Shown piece after piece: positions 50,736 through 56,749 of a stretch of DNA of 56,749 bases (positions within the stretch are counted from its first letter, which is position 1; each line of letters opens with the position of its first letter). The translations under genes were made by a program, and so were the position numbers. The stretch is from Pseudomonadota bacterium. GTDB taxonomy: Bacteria; Pseudomonadota; Alphaproteobacteria; Kiloniellales; J153. The notes beneath the pieces are model-generated. The model made no database searches. It saw only the letters and a program-made list of their open reading frames with translations, and was not told the DNA's origin. Where the stretch lies: positions 1 to 56,749 of the forward strand of contig JACZWN010000001.1 of assembly GCA_022572105.1 (NCBI GenBank). The letters are read 5' to 3'.

Positions 50736-51866
50736 TCAGGCGGCGACCTGCTCCAGCTTGCCCATGAGGTAGTCGATATCCTCCTGGGTCATGCGCGACT
50801 GCGGGTCCTCGAACTGGGTCAGGATGCGCTCCAGCATGCGCTCGATGAACCGCGAGCGGTCGTTCGGGCCACCGTCATAGTCGGTCTCGCGGACCAACTC
50901 GATGCCGGCCCGAAACGCCGGGAACAGCCGCTTGGGCAGATCGGCCTTCATGTAGATCGACTCGAGACCGAGCAAACCCTGGTCGTGGATCAGGATACGG
51001 GCGTTCTGCAACGGCAAGTCAGCGAGTCGCGCTATGGCCCGCTCGAAGAAATTTATGTCGCCCATGCATATCGAACGCAGCAGAAGCGAGGGGGTCAGCC
51101 GATCCCTGCGCATCAACTGATCGACGAGGTTGTCGAGCTCGGTATCGGTGGAGCCGTAATCCACCAGGCTCATGGTGGCGCGCTCGCGCGTCTGAAGGAT
51201 GAGGTTGCTGGCGACATCGGGCGAGACATCGTGCTTCGACAGAAGGAAGTCCTGAAGCCGCTCGGAGAGCTTCTCGACCAGTTGCGCCGAGACCGCGGCC
51301 GGCATGTTGGGCCGACGCGCCAGCGAGTCGGAGACCGCATCGCTCTCCTGGTATTCGTCCATGACCCGGCCGAGCAACTTCTCGGTCAACTTGGCGCCGT
51401 CGTTGGCGACCAGGCGCGCGACCGCCTTCTCGTTGCCGGTATCGACGAGCGCATCCGCGACGCGCGAGGAAACGCTCGGTCGCTGGGCGACGGCGACCTG
51501 CTTGGCCGCGCCTTGACCGCGCACGATCTCGATCAGGTCCTCGTCGGTCAGCACCTCGGAGAACTTGATCATGGGCAACGAGACCGAATCCACGTCCTTG
51601 GCCAGCGCCATGGCCACGTCGTGCGGCAGATCCGGCGAATTTTTCAGATGACTGGCGAGCGCCTCGCGCACGCGCAGCTCGACGTCCTTGACCAGCTTGC
51701 GGAAAATGTCCTCGGCGATCCGCCGCTCGGCCGGGCTGAGCGCCTCGGTCGAGAACTGGGAGGCGATCTTGGCCGTCGTTTCGGCGCGTACCTCGGACGA
51801 TGGATCGGCCATGAGCTTGGCCACGTCGTCCTGAGTGAGCTGCATCGGGACGGGTTCGTCGGTCAT
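50736..51866 (-). CDS. DUF2336 domain-containing protein (HEAT-like repeats, unknown function)
   Basis: 376 aa, all-alpha. SSEVRAETTAKIA..., DVELRVREALASHLKNSPDLPHDVAMALAKDV, VLTDEDLIEIVRGQGAAKQVAVAQRPSVSSRVADALVDTGNEKAVARLVAN. This resembles the alphaproteobacterial DUF2336 family as I recall it. Confidence 0.6.
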   Translation of the reverse strand: MTDEPVPMQLTQDDVAKLMADPSSEVRAETTAKIASQFSTEALSPAERRIAEDIFRKLVKDVELRVREALASHLKNSPDLPHDVAMALAKDVDSVSLPMIKFSEVLTDEDLIEIVRGQGAAKQVAVAQRPSVSSRVADALVDTGNEKAVARLVANDGAKLTEKLLGRVMDEYQESDAVSDSLARRPNMPAAVSAQLVEKLSERLQDFLLSKHDVSPDVASNLILQTRERATMSLVDYGSTDTELDNLVDQLMRRDRLTPSLLLRSICMGDINFFERAIARLADLPLQNARILIHDQGLLGLESIYMKADLPKRLFPAFRAGIELVRETDYDGGPNDRSRFIERMLERILTQFEDPQSRMTQEDIDYLMGKLEQVAA

Positions 51867-52439
51867 CGTATCCCTCGCCTATTTTCCATTAACGGCTTCG
51901 GCCGGAGCCGACAAAGCACTCGCTCGGCCGGCGCGCACGGCGGCGATGTCGCCCTTCCAGTATGGGTTTAGGAAGGTTAATCGACCTTTAATATGGCAGC
52001 TGAATGCACGGTTTTCGGGCAAATTTCGCGGGGATCCGCTTCGGCGCCGCCGGCCCGGTCGCCCCGGTGGGTCCACAGGCCGCCCCACGCTGCTTCGCTT
52101 CGCGTCACCCGAGCGCTACGCGAAACCGCGCGGGTCCCCCCTATGGACTACCGGGACAACCTCCATCGAGTCCAACCGAAGCGGTCAATTCAGATTGTTG
52201 TCGACGGGGGTGCGGCGCCGAATTCATGCGGATACCCGCGAAATAATATTTCCGTGCTCCGGGCGGGGAAGAACGATTGCCGCTCCCTCGCCCGCGAAAA
52301 GGTTAGGATTCCATCTTTTTTTCCCATTTAAGTGATTGTTATTGAGTATCAAATCAGAATAACGCCATCTATGGATAGATGCGTCGCCCTTGGCGGCCGT
52401 AGCGGACATGGCCGGGGGGCGTTTTTCGAGGGTTCCCCC

Positions 52440-53486
52440 ATGCCGATCTTCGCCCATCCCGAATTCGACGGTCATCAAGAGGTCGTCTTTGGCCACGATC
52501 CCCAATGCGGCCTGAGCGCCATCATCGCCATCCACAACACCAACCGGGGCCCGGCGCTCGGCGGCTGCCGCATGTGGCCCTACGCCAGCGAGGCCGAGGC
52601 GCTGACCGACGTGCTGCGCCTCGCGCGCGGCATGACCTACAAGTCGGCGCTCGCCGACCTGCCCTTGGGCGGCGGCAAGGCGGTCATCATCGGCGACCCG
52701 CACGAGGACAAGTCCGAGGCGCTGTTCCTGGCCATGGGCCGCTTCGTCGATGGCCTCGGCGGACGCTACATCACGGCCGAGGACGTGGGCGTCTCGGTCG
52801 AGGACGTGGACGTCATGGCGCGCGTCACCAAGCACGTGGCCGGCACCGATTCGACCGGCGCGGGCGATCCCTCGCCGTCCACCGCCTACGGCGTGCTCAT
52901 GGGCATCCGCGCCGCGGTCGCGCACAAGCTGGGGCGCAACTCGCTCGACGGCGTGCGCGTGGCAATCCAGGGCGTCGGCCACGTCGGCTATCACCTGTGC
53001 CGCTACCTGGCCGAGGCCGGGGCCGAGCTCACCGTCACCGACATCGACCATGAGGCGATCGAGCGCGCCGCGACCGAGTTCCACGCCCGGCCGGTCGCGC
53101 CCGAGGCGATCTACGGCGTCGACGGCGAGGTCTTCGCCCCTTGCGCTTTGGGCGCGGTCATCAACGACGACACCATCGCCCGGCTCAAGGCACCGATCGT
53201 CGCCGGCTCGGCCAACAACCAACTCGCCGAGCCGCGCCACGGGGTCGAGCTCATGCGCCGCGGCGTGCTCTATGCCCCCGACTACGTGATCAACGCCGGC
53301 GGGGTCATCAACATCAGCCACGAGGGCCCGGCCTACGACAAGCGCGCGGCGGTCGATCACGTGGCCAAGATCCACGACACCCTGCGCGAGATATTCGGCC
53401 GCGCCGACGCCGCGCACGTGCCCACCTCCGAGGCCGCCGACCGCCTGGCCGAGGAGCGCTTCACCAAGGTCCACGCGGCGGCCTGA
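52440..53486 (+). CDS. Leucine (Leu/Phe/Val) dehydrogenase, Glu/Leu/Phe/Val dehydrogenase family
   Basis: 348 aa from [17 protein letters not shown]. Collinear with LeuDH: [104 protein letters not shown]. Confidence 0.88.
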   Translation: MPIFAHPEFDGHQEVVFGHDPQCGLSAIIAIHNTNRGPALGGCRMWPYASEAEALTDVLRLARGMTYKSALADLPLGGGKAVIIGDPHEDKSEALFLAMGRFVDGLGGRYITAEDVGVSVEDVDVMARVTKHVAGTDSTGAGDPSPSTAYGVLMGIRAAVAHKLGRNSLDGVRVAIQGVGHVGYHLCRYLAEAGAELTVTDIDHEAIERAATEFHARPVAPEAIYGVDGEVFAPCALGAVINDDTIARLKAPIVAGSANNQLAEPRHGVELMRRGVLYAPDYVINAGGVINISHEGPAYDKRAAVDHVAKIHDTLREIFGRADAAHVPTSEAADRLAEERFTKVHAAA

Positions 53487-53564
53487 CAAGGCCAGGTTAT
53501 CGCGTTAGTCTACGCCGTCGGGACCCGCTCCCCGGGTCCCGGCGCTGGTTTGTGACCGCGGGCA

Positions 53565-54194
53565 ATGACCGAAACCCTAATCGCCGCCTTCGTCACCTTC
53601 TTCGTGGTCGTCGATCCGGTCGGCGTGGCGCCGATGTTCGCCGCGCTGACGCCGAACAACACGGCCGAGGAGCGCCGGCTGATCGCGCTCAAGGGCACGG
53701 CCATCGGCGGCGGCGTGCTGCTGTTTTTCGCGCTCGTCGGCGAACCTTTTCTGGGCGCGCTCGGCATCGGCCTGCCGGCGTTTCGCATCGCCGGCGGCAT
53801 TCTGCTGCTTCTGCTCGCCATCGACATGGTCATGGCCCGGTCGTCGGGGCTGCGCGCCACCACGCCGGGCGAGGACGACGAGAGCGGCCGGCGCGCCGAC
53901 GTTTCGGTGTTTCCGCTCGCCATCCCGCTGATCGCCGGACCCGGCGCAATCACTTCGGTGGTGCTGCTGATGGGCGCGGCGCGGGGCGATCCGGCGCTGC
54001 AAGGCGCGATCGTCGCGGTGCTGCTCGGGGTTCTGCTGCTCACGCTCGTGTGCCTGCTGGCGGCGGCCAGGCTGGTGCGCTTGCTCGGCGTGACCGGGAT
54101 CAACGTGCTCACCCGGGTGTTCGGCATCGTCACCGCGGCGCTCGCGGTCCAGTTCATGATCGACGGCGCGCGCGCCGTCTGGCCCGGCGTGTAA
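53565..54194 (+). CDS. MarC family (UPF0056/NAAT) integral membrane protein
   Basis: 209 aa, six-TM type. [24 protein letters not shown]..., [21 protein letters not shown]. Confidence 0.85.
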   Translation: MTETLIAAFVTFFVVVDPVGVAPMFAALTPNNTAEERRLIALKGTAIGGGVLLFFALVGEPFLGALGIGLPAFRIAGGILLLLLAIDMVMARSSGLRATTPGEDDESGRRADVSVFPLAIPLIAGPGAITSVVLLMGAARGDPALQGAIVAVLLGVLLLTLVCLLAAARLVRLLGVTGINVLTRVFGIVTAALAVQFMIDGARAVWPGV

Positions 54195-54243
54195 GAGCAA
54201 AGGTCCCCGCCCAAAGACATGAGCGCGGCGTTGCCGTCGGGTG

Positions 54244-55305
54244 CTAATGCCGATCCGGGCCGCGCCCGCGCTTCACGAGCCGGAACGCCAAGGGCGCGAG
54301 GACCACGATCAGGAAAATGCGCACCACGTGATGGGTCGCGACGAAGGCCGCGTCGGCGCCGGTGGCGATCGCGATCAGGCTCATCTCGGCGAGGCCCCCC
54401 GGCGCGAAGGCGAGCAAGAGCGCCACCGCCGGCAACCCGGTCGCCTGGGCGAGCACGAGCGCGAAAGCGACGGTAGCGGCGAACAGGACCACGGTGCCGC
54501 CGGCCGCCGCCACCACCGTGCGGCTCAGCAGCCAGAAACCGACCCCGGCGAAGCGGCAGCCGATCGCCGTGCCCACGACCAACTGGGCGGCGGCGACCAG
54601 CTCGAAGGGCGGCTTGGCCGCGGTCCAGCCGATGAGGTGCACGGCCGCGCTCAGGATCAAGGGGCCGACCAGCACCGCCGCCGGCATGCGCAGGGCGCGC
54701 GCCAGCAGGTAGCCGAGGACGCCGCAGGCGGCCAGGATCGCAAGGTCGGCGGGCGCCATCTCGGCGAGCGGCAGGCCGACGGCCCGGCGCAACGCGGGGT
54801 CGTAGCCGATCAGCAGCTGGAAGGCGAAGGGCAGCGCGAGGACGACCAGCAGCACGCGCGCGGCATGGGTAAGCGAGATGACGCGCGCGTCGCCGCCCAT
54901 CTCGGCGCCGACCAGGGTCATCTCGGTCAGGCCCCCCGGCATGGCGGCGAAGTAGGCGGTCACCGTGTCGTAGCCCCAGACCCGCCGGAAGTAGACCAGG
55001 CCGGCGCCACCGGCGGCCACGCCGTACAGGACGAGCGAGGCGAGCGACACCGCCCAGTCGCCCAGCTGCGCCAGCATCTCGGGCGAGAAGCTGCTGCCGA
55101 GCATGACCCCGAGCACGGCGACCATGGCGTGGCGGAAGGCGATCGGCATGGCGATGGGCGCGCCCAGCGTCGCCGCGGCGGTGGTCGCAATCATGGCGCC
55201 GATCATCCAGGCGAGCGGCAGGCGCAGCTGGAAGGCCAGCCAGCCGCCGGCGATCCCGAGCGCGAGCGCGAGTAGGGTGGTGCGCGGCGTGGCCGCGAGC
55301 CGCAT
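54244..55305 (-). CDS. AbrB-duplication family membrane protein (TIGR03082-type, putative transporter)
   Basis: 353 aa from [40 protein letters not shown]. Two homologous halves each carry a PGG(L)(T/A)EM motif ([14 protein letters not shown] and [13 protein letters not shown]). The upstream part of the ORF-track 54244..56622 frame is antisense-frame noise over argE. Confidence 0.8.
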   Translation of the reverse strand: MRLAATPRTTLLALALGIAGGWLAFQLRLPLAWMIGAMIATTAAATLGAPIAMPIAFRHAMVAVLGVMLGSSFSPEMLAQLGDWAVSLASLVLYGVAAGGAGLVYFRRVWGYDTVTAYFAAMPGGLTEMTLVGAEMGGDARVISLTHAARVLLVVLALPFAFQLLIGYDPALRRAVGLPLAEMAPADLAILAACGVLGYLLARALRMPAAVLVGPLILSAAVHLIGWTAAKPPFELVAAAQLVVGTAIGCRFAGVGFWLLSRTVVAAAGGTVVLFAATVAFALVLAQATGLPAVALLLAFAPGGLAEMSLIAIATGADAAFVATHHVVRIFLIVVLAPLAFRLVKRGRGPDRH

Positions 55306-55352
55306 CGGGCGGGCGGCGACGGGCACCGCGTCCGGCGTCGGATCGCCCGCGT

Positions 55353-56528
55353 TCAAGCCGTCGAGACCCGGTCCAGGAGCCGGGCCATGAAGCGCTCGCA
55401 GAGCGCCAGCTGCTCGAGGCTGACGAACTCGTCGGGCTTGTGCGCCTGCTCGATCGAGCCGGGCCCGCAGATGACCGCCGGGATGCCGCTGTTCAGGAAC
55501 AGGCCCGCCTCGGTGCCGAAGGCCACCTTGCCGGTGGTGTTGGCGCCGGTCAGCGCCTTGACCAGGGCCACCACGTCCTCGTCCGGCGACAGATCGAGGC
55601 CGGGAAAGGACGAGGATTCCTCCCAGGTGAAGCCGGTCTCGGGCGCGATCGCCTGCATGGCGGGCTCGAGCCGGTCGCGGGCATAGGCCTTGACCTCGGC
55701 GAGCAGGGCTTGCGGGTCGTCGTCCGGCAGACAGCGGAACTCGAACTCGAAGCTGCACTCGGCGGGCACGATGTTGAGCGCCGTGCCGCCCCGAACGAGC
55801 CCGCAGTGAACGGTCGAGTGGGGCACGTCGTAGTCCTCGTCGAAGGGACCCTCGGCGGCCTTGCGCGCGGCCATCTCGGCCAGCTTCGCGATCGCCCGGG
55901 CGGCCTCCTGGATGGCGTTGACGCCCTGGGGCGCGAGCGCGGAATGGCATTCGAGGCCGCGCACGCGGCACCGGCACGACAGCTTGCCCTTGTGGCCGAC
56001 GATGACCTTCATGCCGGTCGGCTCGCCGACGATGCAGGCCAGCGGCCGGACCGGCTGGGCGGCCAGGTACTCGAGCATCCGGGGCACGCCCGCGCAGCCG
56101 GTCTCCTCGTCGTAGGACAGGCAGAGGTGAATCGGCGTTTCGAGGTTGCGGTTCAGAAACTTCGGCGCATAGGCCAGCGCGACCGCGATGAAGCCCTTCA
56201 TGTCGCAGGCGCCGCGGCCGTACAGCCGGGCCTCGCGCTGCGCGACCGTCCAGGGGTCGCTCGACCAGTCCTGGCCGTCGACCGGGACCACGTCGGTGTG
56301 GCCCGAGAGCGCGATGCCGCCCCGGTCGGTAGGCCCCAGGGTGGCGTAGAGGTTGGCCTTCTGTTTGTCGTCGTCGAAGGTGAGGTGGGAGTCGACGCCG
56401 AGGTCCTTCAGGTAATCGCGGACGTAGTGGATCAGCTCCAGGTTGGAGTTGCGGCTGGTCGTATCGAAGGCGATCAGCCGCTCGATCATGGCGCGCACCT
56501 CGGCGCTGACGTTCAAGCTCTCGCTCAC
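55353..56528 (-). CDS. argE: Acetylornithine deacetylase (ArgE), M20 metallopeptidase family
   Basis: LIAFDTTSRNSNLELIHYV, ALSGHTDVVPV, GRGACDMKG, SYDEETGCAG, GHKG...CHSA. I chose the GTG at 56528, preceded by AGAGGA. An alternative ATG (MIERL) lies at 56489. Confidence 0.85.
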   Translation of the reverse strand: MSESLNVSAEVRAMIERLIAFDTTSRNSNLELIHYVRDYLKDLGVDSHLTFDDDKQKANLYATLGPTDRGGIALSGHTDVVPVDGQDWSSDPWTVAQREARLYGRGACDMKGFIAVALAYAPKFLNRNLETPIHLCLSYDEETGCAGVPRMLEYLAAQPVRPLACIVGEPTGMKVIVGHKGKLSCRCRVRGLECHSALAPQGVNAIQEAARAIAKLAEMAARKAAEGPFDEDYDVPHSTVHCGLVRGGTALNIVPAECSFEFEFRCLPDDDPQALLAEVKAYARDRLEPAMQAIAPETGFTWEESSSFPGLDLSPDEDVVALVKALTGANTTGKVAFGTEAGLFLNSGIPAVICGPGSIEQAHKPDEFVSLEQLALCERFMARLLDRVSTA

Positions 56529-56612
56529 CGGCTGTCCTCTCGTGCTGGTCCGGCGCCGAAACCGGCGCCCGTGAAGAACCCGGAAGATGGCAGACCAACG
56601 CCCGGCGCGCCA

Positions 56613-56640
56613 GCCTGGACACGCCGGCCTGGACACACCA
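56613..56640 (+). repeat. 14-nt tandem near-duplication upstream of argE
   Basis: GCCTGGACACGCCG (56613-56626) is followed by GCCTGGACACACCA (56627-56640). Confidence 0.7.
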
Positions 56641-56749
56641 TGGCCGCCGAAGACACGATGCCGCCTTGACGCGACCACCGGCGCAACAGAGTTTTAAGAC
56701 TCGACGGCCGGGTTCGGGCCCGGGCCGTCCGCCGCCACCGTTTATGGAC

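Noticed and set aside
51994-52009. Sigma54-like TGGCAG-N-TGCA motif upstream of the leucine dehydrogenase gene
   Set aside because: The GG to GC spacing is 11 nt instead of the required 12, the -12 element lacks the TTGC context, and it lies about 440 nt from the start codon.
52036-52184. 9-bp perfect inverted repeat CCGCTTCGG / CCGAAGCGG separated by 131 nt, a possible structured RNA or MITE remnant
   Set aside because: A 9-bp GC-rich match is expected by chance in this composition. It shows no similarity to the TIR family and no supporting nested covariation I could verify.
54244-56622. 792-aa single ORF covering both the AbrB-duplication gene and the argE region
   Set aside because: Only the C-terminal 353 aa are membrane-protein-like. 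The upstream part is an alternate frame over argE, which is clearly encoded in the 55353..56678 frame.

Overview
High-GC, alphaproteobacterial-type chromosomal window. About 14.0-46.6 kb is the conserved translation/transcription supercluster on the + strand: tRNA-Tyr, tRNA-Gly, tuf, tRNA-Trp, secE, nusG, rplKAJL, rpoBC, rpsL-rpsG-fusA-tuf, then the S10/spc/alpha operons (rpsJ through rplQ, including secY and adk). Left flank (1-14 kb): a partial LOG/TIGR00725-like gene, a CHASE2 class III nucleotidyl cyclase, a 1716-aa non-RTX type I secretion-type repeat adhesin, a small membrane ORF, tRNA-Thr, a SpuC-like aminotransferase, a PuuA-like glutamine-synthetase-family enzyme, an EF-hand protein, an ICMT-family methyltransferase and an RlmB-like methyltransferase. 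Right flank (46.6-56.7 kb): a DegP/DegQ protease, a lone PotC-like ABC permease, a flavin amine oxidase, a DUF2336 protein, a Leu/Phe/Val dehydrogenase, MarC, an AbrB-duplication membrane protein and ArgE. I found no rRNA, CRISPR array, transposase, integrase or recognisable multi-gene defence or novel system. The notable signals are smaller. (1) A MITE-like repeat family: one complete 267-bp copy with 35-bp terminal inverted repeats, plus solo-end copies. The element ends carry outward-facing TGnTATAAT-type -10 boxes just upstream of the degP-like, potC-like and possibly rpoA genes. (2) The giant adhesin has no secretion genes nearby and is divergent from the CHASE2 cyclase. (3) A 58-aa membrane ORF has a tandemly duplicated start, creating an ATGA-coupled 7-codon upstream mini-ORF. 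(4) Perfect short tandem duplications recur, several inside essential genes (rpoB, rpoC, rplX, rpsE). (5) The two tuf copies are near-identical, and the str-operon copy has a Leu-to-Pro change in a conserved motif. The many long antisense ORFs in the six-frame track are treated as high-GC artefacts. All family assignments rest on reading the translations and on gene order; no database search was possible.
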